The notes beneath the pieces were generated by a model that made no database searches, had not been told where the DNA came from, and saw only the letters and a program-made list of their open reading frames with translations. Shown piece after piece: positions 1 through 8,569 of a stretch of DNA of 64,000 nt (position 1 is the stretch's first letter; each line of letters begins with the position of its first letter). The stretch covers positions 124,001 through 188,000 of IMG/VR virus record IMGVR_UViG_3300028558_000791; one strand, given 5' to 3'. The translations under genes and the position numbers were made by a program.

Positions 1-10
1 GCCTGCTGCA

Positions 11-304
11 ATGGCTGATAAGCTCAGAATCATTGCTAGTGATGCTCGTATTAAAGAACACCAAACAATGTCTCAAAGCTTAACTGAACAAGTTAGATTC
101 AAGGCTTTTGCAGCCGCTAAACAAGGAAAAGTATCTCTTCATATCTGGTGTGGCAGCCAAAACATCTCAAAAGAAGCTGCCGAGATGGTCGCTCGTGAAT
201 TGGAACGAGACGGTTTCAAATGTACCATCAGCCATGAAATTACAGCCCATTATTCAAATACGGACTGTGATTCTGAAGACCTTTTATTTGTTAGTTGGGA
301 ATGA
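11..304 (+). CDS. hypothetical protein
   Basis: 97-aa ORF directly upstream of trpS; no motif recognised. Confidence 0.6.
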   Translation: MADKLRIIASDARIKEHQTMSQSLTEQVRFKAFAAAKQGKVSLHIWCGSQNISKEAAEMVARELERDGFKCTISHEITAHYSNTDCDSEDLLFVSWE

Positions 305-307
305 ATC

Positions 308-1270
308 ATGAAAATCCTGTCAGGCATACAGCCGTCAGGAACAATTCACATCGGAAACTATTTTGGAATGATCAAGCCACTGCTTGGTTTCCAAGACAAG
401 GGAGAAGTGTTTTGTTTCTTGGCGGATTACCATTCAATGACCTCATTGTTTGATGCAAAAGAACGTAAAGCAAATTCTATCGAAGCGGCCACTACTCTTT
501 TAGCTTGTGGTCTAGACCCCCTGAAGACAACCTTCTTCAAACAGTCAGACGTACCACAAGTAACTGAACTGGCCTGGATGCTGTCCACCGTAACTCCTAT
601 GGGATTACTAGAACGCTGTCATAGCTACAAAGATAAGACATCCAAAGGTATCTCGGCTAATCATGGGCTATTTGCTTATCCCGTATTGATGGCAGCAGAT
701 ATTCTCATCTACCAATCTAATCTTGTACCAGTTGGTAAAGATCAGATGCAGCACCTAGAAGTTGCCCGCGACATTGCTGTCAAGTTCAATACTGCTTATG
801 GAGATGTATTTACCCTGCCAGAACCATTCATTCAACAGCAAGTTGCTATTGTTCCGGGAACTGATGGCGGTAAGATGTCCAAAAGCCACGGCAATACACT
901 TGAAGTGTTTGGAGATGAGAAGCTTCTCAAAAAGAAGATAATGTCCATCACAATGGATAGTAGGTCTCCAACTGAGCCTAAACCTGACGCTAGCCAGAAT
1001 ACAGCTATTCAGTTGCTGAAATTGGTAGCTCCCGAAGATATTGCTTCTGATACAGAGACAAAGCTTAGGGAAGGTCAGCTTGGCTATGGTACGCTCAAGG
1101 GAATCCTGTTTGAGCATTGTACTAACTACTTTGCCAAACCACGTGAGTTGTACAACGATTTGAAGAATAACCAAGACTATGTTGAGGCTATTCTCGAAGA
1201 TGGGGCTGCTCGTGCAGCTTGTACAGCTCAATATACGATGAAGAACGTAAGGAAGGCTGTTGGTCTATGA
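308..1270 (+). CDS. trpS: tryptophanyl-tRNA synthetase
   Basis: SGIQPSG..HIGNY, YPVLMAADIL, VPVGKDQ..HLE, KMSKS class Ic motifs. Confidence 0.97.
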   Translation: MKILSGIQPSGTIHIGNYFGMIKPLLGFQDKGEVFCFLADYHSMTSLFDAKERKANSIEAATTLLACGLDPLKTTFFKQSDVPQVTELAWMLSTVTPMGLLERCHSYKDKTSKGISANHGLFAYPVLMAADILIYQSNLVPVGKDQMQHLEVARDIAVKFNTAYGDVFTLPEPFIQQQVAIVPGTDGGKMSKSHGNTLEVFGDEKLLKKKIMSITMDSRSPTEPKPDASQNTAIQLLKLVAPEDIASDTETKLREGQLGYGTLKGILFEHCTNYFAKPRELYNDLKNNQDYVEAILEDGAARAACTAQYTMKNVRKAVGL

Positions 1271-1461
1271 AGACTAAAGAATGGCTTCTAAATCGTAAAA
1301 GAGATTTGGAAGAAGAGCTTGAGGGTTACGACGAGCTAATAGAAGAGCTGAAAGAAGTTGAAAAAGCTCTTGCTGCTTTGGAACCCAAAAAGAAAAAGAC
1401 CGAGTGTAATGGATGCGCAAGTGGTTGTGATATCTGTCGCACTGGCCCTTACTACCGATGA
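1267..1461 (+). CDS. small coiled-coil protein with C-terminal CxxCxxxCxxC
   Basis: ATG overlaps trpS stop (ATGA); CNGCASGCDIC. Confidence 0.6.
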   Translation: MKTKEWLLNRKRDLEEELEGYDELIEELKEVEKALAALEPKKKKTECNGCASGCDICRTGPYYR

Positions 1462-1688
1462 AGGATATCATGTCAGATCAGGACGATGAAGATTTGAGGT
1501 TGCGTGATAAACTGGCAGCGGCTGCCCTTCCAGCTCTCATTCAGAGGTATAACGATAAAGTTGATAGTAAATGGATTGTAGATGGTGAGGTAACAGAACG
1601 ATTTGGTTATGATGCAGATCAGATAGCTATCTTGGCGTATAAGATAGCTGATGCGATGCGTAAAGCTAGATTACAAGCTTTTACTTGA
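1458..1688 (+). CDS. conserved phage hypothetical protein (LRD..AAAAL..AY.IADAM type)
   Basis: recognisable small phage protein pattern; ATGA coupling. Confidence 0.65.
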   Translation: MKDIMSDQDDEDLRLRDKLAAAALPALIQRYNDKVDSKWIVDGEVTERFGYDADQIAILAYKIADAMRKARLQAFT

Positions 1689-1696
1689 GAAAAACA

Positions 1697-2902
1697 ATGA
1701 AAACATTTGAAGACTTGGAACAACGTGGTCTAATTAAACAGACAACTAACACAGAGAAGTTACGTGAACTACTCAACTCAAATGTTCCAGTCACGTTTTA
1801 CATTGGGTTCGATCCGACCGCTGACAGTTTGCATGTAGGACATCTACTGCAAATTGTTACGGCCAAACGTTTAGCTGATGCGGGCCATCGCCCCATCATG
1901 CTAATCGGCGGGGCTACCGCATTGATCGGTGATCCCACCGGGAAGTCTGAAATGCGCAAGATGCTTTCTCACTCTGACATTAGAGTGAATGGTGAAGCTA
2001 TTGCTGGGCAGATTCAGCAGATAATGGGAAAAGATGTTGAAATCATTTCCAACATGTCATGGTTTGACGATGCAGATTTCCTAACTGTGTTACGCACCAT
2101 TGGTCCATTCTTTTCCGTCAATGAAATGTTACGTGCGGATTGTTTCAAGAGCCGCATGGAACATGGACTCTCTTTTCTAGAGTTCAACTACATGATTATG
2201 CAGGCGCAAGACTTTCGCATGCTTCATCTTGAAGAGGGTTGTGCCCTTCAGATTGGCGGAGATGATCAGTGGTCTAACATGTTAGCCGGCATTCATTTGA
2301 TCCATAAGAAGCATGGGCAAGAAGTATTTGGCCTAACGCTTCCTCTGTTGGTCAATTCAGATGGAACTAAAATGGGAAAGACTGAAAAAGGGGCGGTCTG
2401 GCTTGACCCAGAGAAAACTTCTCCATTTGATTTCTTTCAGTTCTGGCGTAATATTGAAGATGACAAAGTCAAGCAGTGTATCAACTTTTTTACGCATGAA
2501 GTTAATTCAGAGGGTTCTATTCTGTTAAACATCAATCAGCACAAAAAGTTTCTAGCTTTCGAAGTTACGAAACTTGTTCACGGCGAATCGGCAGCACAGC
2601 AAGCGCTCGAACAGGCGGAAGCCTTGTTCGAGAAACGAGACACCTCTGAATTGGAAGCAACGCCGATTCTAGAAGGAACTCACATCCTTGAAGCGATAAT
2701 CAAATGCGGCTTTGCGAAATCTCGCACTGAAGCAAGAAATTTGATTCTCAACAAAGGTATTACAGTTAACCAAGAAGTGCTAACTGATCCAACTATCATT
2801 GTCTCTAAAACTAATTTTGGAAACGAATTGATAATTCGAAAAGGTAAAAAGCATTTCTCTCGCTTGCTTATTGAGGATAAATGCCTAGACCAGAATCTGT
2901 AA
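1697..2902 (+). CDS. tyrS: tyrosyl-tRNA synthetase
   Basis: YIGFDPTADSLHVGH, QIGGDDQWSN, KMGKT, C-terminal S4 domain; ATG at 1697 preferred to TTG 1685. Confidence 0.97.
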   Translation: MKTFEDLEQRGLIKQTTNTEKLRELLNSNVPVTFYIGFDPTADSLHVGHLLQIVTAKRLADAGHRPIMLIGGATALIGDPTGKSEMRKMLSHSDIRVNGEAIAGQIQQIMGKDVEIISNMSWFDDADFLTVLRTIGPFFSVNEMLRADCFKSRMEHGLSFLEFNYMIMQAQDFRMLHLEEGCALQIGGDDQWSNMLAGIHLIHKKHGQEVFGLTLPLLVNSDGTKMGKTEKGAVWLDPEKTSPFDFFQFWRNIEDDKVKQCINFFTHEVNSEGSILLNINQHKKFLAFEVTKLVHGESAAQQALEQAEALFEKRDTSELEATPILEGTHILEAIIKCGFAKSRTEARNLILNKGITVNQEVLTDPTIIVSKTNFGNELIIRKGKKHFSRLLIEDKCLDQNL

Positions 2903-3192
2903 CTAACGAAGACCTAGCTAAATGGTCAGAGAAAATTGATAACGACCCGCTCATCTCCGAGGGCTTAGCCCAGAACCCAATCGTTCGAGAGGTTTGCTAT
3001 GCGGGACAATGGTTAGCTGACAAGCTAACGGAACTGGACTGCCCAGATCATTTGATTGGTAGGATGATGTATACGGCAGCTCAGATTTCCTTTGGAAGAA
3101 AAGACACATGGGAAATTCATATCGATATGCTTTATCGTTTCATCGATGGCACATTGGAATTCGAAATGGAACCTGAGGAAAATCTTAACTAA
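2881..3192 (+). CDS. hypothetical protein
   Basis: GAGG SD upstream; 103 aa. Confidence 0.7.
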   Translation: MPRPESVTNEDLAKWSEKIDNDPLISEGLAQNPIVREVCYAGQWLADKLTELDCPDHLIGRMMYTAAQISFGRKDTWEIHIDMLYRFIDGTLEFEMEPEENLN

Positions 3193-3566
3193 TGCTTCAT
3201 GAATTGATAGACAGAGATGAACCGCAATGCCTCTACTGTAATTCCGCGGTCAATCTGACTCTCAGTCTCAAAAGTGAATGGCTTCCCAATACTTCTCTAA
3301 AAGTAGACAATGAAGTCATGTCTTGTAGCAAATGTAAAGAAGTATTTGAGATACACTCTATCCAGGGTGGAGATGGTAACACAGAGTATACTGGAATGAC
3401 CTTTACATGTAAGGGCTATCGAGTATTTAATAACTACATTGAATCTTACTTTGACATCAGTGATGCTAAAGGAAAACATATTGTGGCTATTCCATTTTTT
3501 GAACCGGACTTCTCTGATAGGGATAAATTGTACGAGAAGCTAAAAACATATCTTATATTTTCTTGA
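3192..3566 (+). CDS. zinc-ribbon protein (CxxC..CxxC)
   Basis: CLYC/CSKC; ends KLKTYLIFS. Confidence 0.7.
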   Translation: MLHELIDRDEPQCLYCNSAVNLTLSLKSEWLPNTSLKVDNEVMSCSKCKEVFEIHSIQGGDGNTEYTGMTFTCKGYRVFNNYIESYFDISDAKGKHIVAIPFFEPDFSDRDKLYEKLKTYLIFS

Positions 3567-3679
3567 ATTGTGTCGCTTAGTGTGGGACCCGCGAATCTTT
3601 TTATTTATGCTACGGTTGACTCTAATCTTAGCATGACTAGATTGTATAGTGATCCCTTTATTGTAAGGAAAGAAAAAGC

Positions 3680-4810
3680 ATGCCTACTCAACAGCCGCAA
3701 CAAATGGCCACATCAGATTTCAATCTGCAGAAACTAAATACCAAAGAACTTTCGGAGCATACTTCCGCTACCATTCAGATGGGTGGCAACATTGCTGTGT
3801 TTGGCCGTCGTGGAACGGGCAAGACCGAAATCTCCAAAGCAGAGATTAAGAAGCTGGACTTCAAAGAAGTCTACTTGAATCTCTCCGTTATGGAGCGAGT
3901 CGACATGGGAGGTTATCCTGATGTCATGGCTCCCGCAAGAAAGAGCGATTACGTCAACTTCTTGATGCCAAAGTTCTATGAAGAGATGATTGATGGTAAG
4001 CAAGGCGTAGTTGCTTTGCTGGACGAAGTAGATAAGGCTGACCCAAGTCTTTGGGCACCTTTGCTTGAGTTCACTCAGTTTAGAACTATCAACGGTAGGC
4101 CGTTGCCAAACTTACACGCCATCATTATGACGGGTAACCTTATCTCTGAGGGTGGCGCTCGTCCTAGCTTGCCATTGCTGGATAGAACTGAAAAGTTCTT
4201 GGTTGAAGCTGACGCTGCCTCTTGGTTAGATTGGGCCGGTAAGTCTGGTCGCATTCACCCATCTGTCACTGCGTATATTCACGACCACTCTAGAGATTTG
4301 TTCGGAGCGGTTGACCCAGAAGAAAGATATGCTGACCCATCCCCTCGTGGTTGGGACCGAGCCTCTCAGATTCTCTTTGCTGGAGAAGGTCATGGATGGA
4401 ACCCATATCTCCTCAACAAGAAGGTGTCTGGTTGCGTTGGTAAAGATGCTGGCATCAAGTACTCTAACTACTATGAGCACTACATGGAACTAGTTCCAAT
4501 GGTTGAAGCCATCTATGCTGGTCAAGACGTGTCCGCTAAGTATAGCTCACTTGAGCCAACCAAGAAGTTGGTTGCTTGTATGATTACCTGCACCCGCTTG
4601 GCCAATCAGTTGGACCATGTGGAAGTTGGTGGTGAATTGCCTCCTGCCATCAAGCATGTTGGTAAGTTCTTACACAAGGTCTCTCATGAGAATGTTTTGG
4701 TTGCCGTTCGCAGCCAGGTTCAGATTGAGCGTCTGGTGAAGTTCAATTTGGATGAGCATCCTGATTGGAGTCAGGTTCTTGGCAGAATCAATAAGGAAGT
4801 TGATCAGTAA
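3680..4810 (+). CDS. MoxR-like AAA+ ATPase
   Basis: Walker A GRRGTGKT, Walker B LLDEVD, TGN sensor, SPRGW; next to a vWA gene. Confidence 0.9.
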   Translation: MPTQQPQQMATSDFNLQKLNTKELSEHTSATIQMGGNIAVFGRRGTGKTEISKAEIKKLDFKEVYLNLSVMERVDMGGYPDVMAPARKSDYVNFLMPKFYEEMIDGKQGVVALLDEVDKADPSLWAPLLEFTQFRTINGRPLPNLHAIIMTGNLISEGGARPSLPLLDRTEKFLVEADAASWLDWAGKSGRIHPSVTAYIHDHSRDLFGAVDPEERYADPSPRGWDRASQILFAGEGHGWNPYLLNKKVSGCVGKDAGIKYSNYYEHYMELVPMVEAIYAGQDVSAKYSSLEPTKKLVACMITCTRLANQLDHVEVGGELPPAIKHVGKFLHKVSHENVLVAVRSQVQIERLVKFNLDEHPDWSQVLGRINKEVDQ

Positions 4811-4848
4811 TCCTTATTCGCCAAGATATATGATCTAATGGAGTCTCA

Positions 4849-6639
4849 ATGAAATTTAGCAAAGTAATAGGGAAAATTGATCCCAAATTAGTATCTCAGG
4901 CAGAAGATAAACTGTCCAAGGTATTCCTAGAGTTAGCCGTTAGGTATGACAATGAACATGTCGCAACCGGTATGGGTGGAGATCCTTTAATCTTTAGCCT
5001 TATGTATCCGGTTGAGCACATCTGTACTTTGAACATTCCAACAGCCGCAACTGATGGTAAGAGATACTATTGGAATCCCAGATTCATTCTCAAGCATTCC
5101 CAAAGAGGCTTGAGAATAGTTTGCGCCCATGAAGCGTGGCACGCTATCTATATGCATCCATCTCGTAGGGGCTCCAGAAATCCAAAGCTTTGGAATATTG
5201 CCGTAGACTATATCGTTAATGGTACAGTTATGGAAGACTTCAAGGCCCGTCGTAAAGATGCTGCTGGTGAGTTTACGAAACATCTAGGGCGCTTCATGCC
5301 TTTTGATACCTTCTGTGAACTTGTCAAGAATCCTTATGCAAAGATTGCTGGATTCGAAGACATCAATTTTGGTGTCCAAGATCCGAATGCCAACACTCCA
5401 GACGTAACTTTTAAAGCTCCGAATGAAGATCGTGAGCTAACTCCGGAAGAACAAAAGGCTTTGGAGAAGCGTGAGAAAGGTGTACGATTCTATTATGCTG
5501 ACCCTAACCTCGATGAGGATATGAAGAAGCCTGAGAAAATCTACGACATCCTTTACAATCTCCTTCCTAAATGCTCCAAATGTGGACGCCTTGGCGTTTA
5601 TCACAAGCCTGGCTCCAAGAAGGGCCAGAAGGGTCAAAAGTCTCAACAGGGACAGCAGGGACAGCAAGGTCAGAATGGACAACAAGGACAGTCTGGGCAA
5701 TCTGGTCAACAAGGTCAAGGAAATGGTCAAAGCCAGCCAGGTCAAGGTTCTGGTCAAGGACAGCCGAGCGATCAGCATGAACACGGAGATGGACAGCAAT
5801 GTGGCTGCCCGGACCATGGACATGGTAATCAGCCTGGTGATGGACAAGGACAGGGACAAGGATCTGGTTCTGGTGGTTCTCAAACACAGGGACAAGGATC
5901 TGAAGATGGACCTTGTGATGAATGTGGTGGTGGACAAGATATCTTTGGACTAGGTGGTACGGTAGACGATCACATGGATTCGGAAGAGTCTGAAGAAAAA
6001 TTGGCCAAGAGAATCTCTGATGCTATGGAAGCTGCCAGGAAAATGGCAGGACATGTTCCGGCTGCATTGGAAGACGAACTTGGTAAGCTAACCGCTCCCA
6101 AAGTAACTTGGCAGGATATTATCCGCACTCGTCTATTGAAGGCTAGGGCTGGTAACGGTCGCAATGATTGGACTCGTTTCAAGACTCGTCCAATGTTCTC
6201 TGGGCTAATGATTCCTAAGAGAAGGAACTTCTACGCTCACTTCGGCTGCTTGGTTGACACCAGCGGTTCTATGAGTAAGGATGACATGGCTTTCGGTCTG
6301 TCGCAACTTATCGCATTGGATGAGCGCTCTGAAGGTACTATCGTGCCGGCTGACGCTACAATCTATTGGGATAAGGCTGTCAAGATTAAAAAATGCGATC
6401 CTGAAGAGATCAAGAAGTTCGTGCCAGTTGGTCGCGGTGGAACTATGTTTGCCGACTTTTTTGATCAGTATGAGAAGAATATTGGTCACTGTGACTTTCT
6501 AATTGTTATCACAGACGGATTCTTATTGGATACTGACATCGCCAACATGAAACACCCAGGCGTAGATGTCATCTGGTTGATTACTAGTGGAAGCGCTTTC
6601 AATCCTCCATTTGGTCGAGCCTTCGATTTACGTGCATAA
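4849..6639 (+). CDS. DUF2201-type metallopeptidase-vWA protein with Gln/Gly-rich linker
   Basis: TAATDG, HEAWH, WNIAVD; MIDAS DTSGSMS, GRGGT, ITDG. Confidence 0.88.
   Translation: MKFSKVIGKIDPKLVSQAEDKLSKVFLELAVRYDNEHVATGMGGDPLIFSLMYPVEHICTLNIPTAATDGKRYYWNPRFILKHSQRGLRIVCAHEAWHAIYMHPSRRGSRNPKLWNIAVDYIVNGTVMEDFKARRKDAAGEFTKHLGRFMPFDTFCELVKNPYAKIAGFEDINFGVQDPNANTPDVTFKAPNEDRELTPEEQKALEKREKGVRFYYADPNLDEDMKKPEKIYDILYNLLPKCSKCGRLGVYHKPGSKKGQKGQKSQQGQQGQQGQNGQQGQSGQSGQQGQGNGQSQPGQGSGQGQPSDQHEHGDGQQCGCPDHGHGNQPGDGQGQGQGSGSGGSQTQGQGSEDGPCDECGGGQDIFGLGGTVDDHMDSEESEEKLAKRISDAMEAARKMAGHVPAALEDELGKLTAPKVTWQDIIRTRLLKARAGNGRNDWTRFKTRPMFSGLMIPKRRNFYAHFGCLVDTSGSMSKDDMAFGLSQLIALDERSEGTIVPADATIYWDKAVKIKKCDPEEIKKFVPVGRGGTMFADFFDQYEKNIGHCDFLIVITDGFLLDTDIANMKHPGVDVIWLITSGSAFNPPFGRAFDLRA
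5620..5905 (+). repeat. low-complexity coding repeats (GQ/QG; ggacaa/ggtcaa units)
   Basis: imperfect ggacagcaa/ggtcaagga repeats encoding GQQGQ.. inside the vWA gene. Confidence 0.8.
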
Positions 6640-7133
6640 TGAACGAGAAAGATTGCATATTTGGCTGCGACCATGAAAGGCACAAACCTTATCATGAGAA
6701 GTTTGATCGCGCTCAGGAAGGTAATACCGAGCGCCAGTATTACTGGAACGTAGCCAAATATGTTTTAGACTCCAAGCTTTCCCCTTCTGATGGGGATGAC
6801 TTAGAGCTTTTTGAAGATGCTATCTTTGATAGCCCTTGGGGACGGGTTCATATTTATTTCTACGAGTGGTTGTTCCAAAACTATTACAAATCTCAACCAG
6901 AAGTAGTTGTTCAGATTTTTACTAGATACTTAGAGTATTTAGGGAAGATATCAATGCTATTTGTAGATGATGCATTTAGTTTCATCTTTAAGCGAGAAGA
7001 TTACAAACTGATTGAAAAGCTATTAGCGATAATGCCTTTGACTACCAAGTTGCAATTCATTAAGACCTCAGAGAAATACCCTAAGGCGATACAGTCAGTT
7101 CCCAAATTGAAGTTGTACAACTTATTCTCGTGA
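6639..7133 (+). CDS. hypothetical protein
   Basis: TAATG coupling; ends KLKLYNLFS. Confidence 0.7.
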   Translation: MNEKDCIFGCDHERHKPYHEKFDRAQEGNTERQYYWNVAKYVLDSKLSPSDGDDLELFEDAIFDSPWGRVHIYFYEWLFQNYYKSQPEVVVQIFTRYLEYLGKISMLFVDDAFSFIFKREDYKLIEKLLAIMPLTTKLQFIKTSEKYPKAIQSVPKLKLYNLFS

Positions 7134-7140
7134 CGCGCCC

Positions 7141-7169
7141 TTGACAGGCGTTTCGCGCATGCTTATCTT
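7141..7169 (+). promoter_or_regulatory. sigma70-like promoter
   Basis: TTGACA-17-TATCTT in an intergenic gap. Confidence 0.6.
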
Positions 7170-7202
7170 GAGGGTAGGCTGAGATGTGTTATATTCATTA
7201 GT

Positions 7203-7673
7203 GTGAATAACGTAATCTTCATCGAGTTTTACAGCAAACAAAACTTTCCGCCTGGCAAATGGTTGAATGAACCTGATCTTTGTTTTTGGGACCATGGACT
7301 GCCCTGTTTAGCAATTCGAGATATGGGGATGGGTGTATGGAAGGGATTCGTAGCAGTAGATGAGGGTCATCTTCTTTACGGCAAGCCTGTTGATGAAATA
7401 ATTAAGCACCCCGCAATGATGGATGCTTTTCTATCTGTGTACGGCGGCTTTAGCGGAGCGGGACGCTTACCTGTTAAGTATAAAGAGTTTGCTAAGAATT
7501 ATTGGTGGATTGGTATTGAAACTTCACAAGGTGGAGACTTGATGCCTTTACTGAAGCTAGATAATAGTGATCCCAATATGGCTAAAATGATATCAACGCA
7601 GACCTATAAAGACTTTTCGTTTATTCGAAAAGAAACTAACAAGTTGGCGAAATTGATATCGAAACTAAAATGA
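7203..7673 (+). CDS. hypothetical protein
   Basis: GTG start 9 nt after a GTTATA motif; 156 aa. Confidence 0.7.
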   Translation: MNNVIFIEFYSKQNFPPGKWLNEPDLCFWDHGLPCLAIRDMGMGVWKGFVAVDEGHLLYGKPVDEIIKHPAMMDAFLSVYGGFSGAGRLPVKYKEFAKNYWWIGIETSQGGDLMPLLKLDNSDPNMAKMISTQTYKDFSFIRKETNKLAKLISKLK

Positions 7674-7757
7674 CCATGACTGGATTTATGATAATAGATG
7701 TCCTTCTAACGATTGGACTCTTCTGTAATTTGTGCAAAGATACCTATCGGTGATTTA

Positions 7758-8066
7758 ATGAGTAAGACACCTGTGACTGGTGCCACCCCGCGCTATCGAA
7801 TTGAGAGCGTGAAGGGACAATATTTTGATGTGTTCGCTAAAAAAGCCAACGCTATCAAAGCCGCCATCGGTATGGCAGTAGAATACCCTGGCCAAACATT
7901 TCTTGTTGTCAAAACGACCTTGCTCAAGCAAAAGGTCGTTTTTCGTTTCAAAGTTGAAACGGAATTCCAATTCGATGACTTGCAAGATGTTTATCGTGGG
8001 ATCATTGAAGTTTACCAACAGAAGCTAGATAAAACTAAGTATTGGAGAAAGCCAGATGTTACTTGA
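7758..8066 (+). CDS. hypothetical protein
   Basis: ATG at 7758 with GGTG SD, in frame with the listed ORF. Confidence 0.65.
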   Translation: MSKTPVTGATPRYRIESVKGQYFDVFAKKANAIKAAIGMAVEYPGQTFLVVKTTLLKQKVVFRFKVETEFQFDDLQDVYRGIIEVYQQKLDKTKYWRKPDVT

Positions 8067-8547
8067 GATTGCCTTGATGGGCGGATTGCTTTCCATCCTA
8101 GTGTTCATCCATTTCTTTGTGGACTGGATTTTCCAGTCTCATGCAGAGGCTATGGTCAAACACAACAACCCCAAGATCCGCGCCAAACATTGCGCAATCT
8201 ATACGGTAGGCTTCCTCCCATTCATCGCCCTCTTCCACCTTAGCTGGGTGGAGTGGCTCGTGGCCCTCAACATTCTGTTCTGGTCTCACTTCGGTGAGGA
8301 TACCTACGTTCCAGTCTTCCTGTGGGCAAAATACATTCGTAAGCCACCGGAGATGACTGAACCTCGTAAACAGACTGGTATCGACGGATACGTTAGCATT
8401 CTTCCACCTGACCCTAAAGCAGGGTTTGTTGATTTCATTCAAACCCCAATGGGCAAGATTCTAATGATTGCCATTGACCAAATCATCCATATCTGTTTCC
8501 TTCTTCCTATTGCCTGGATGCTGATGCTCCATGTAATTGAGCAATGA
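8056..8547 (+). CDS. DUF3307-like membrane protein
   Basis: HFFVDWIFQS, H..IY, SHF.ED, DQIIH; hydrophobic segments. Confidence 0.75.
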   Translation: MLLEIALMGGLLSILVFIHFFVDWIFQSHAEAMVKHNNPKIRAKHCAIYTVGFLPFIALFHLSWVEWLVALNILFWSHFGEDTYVPVFLWAKYIRKPPEMTEPRKQTGIDGYVSILPPDPKAGFVDFIQTPMGKILMIAIDQIIHICFLLPIAWMLMLHVIEQ

Positions 8548-8569
8548 CTAACCTGAGAGGCACTAACTA

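Noticed and set aside
5620-5905. CRISPR array or tandem DNA repeat
   Set aside because: The repeats are degenerate, codon-level and encode a Gln/Gly linker; no repeat-spacer pattern or cas gene was seen anywhere in the window.
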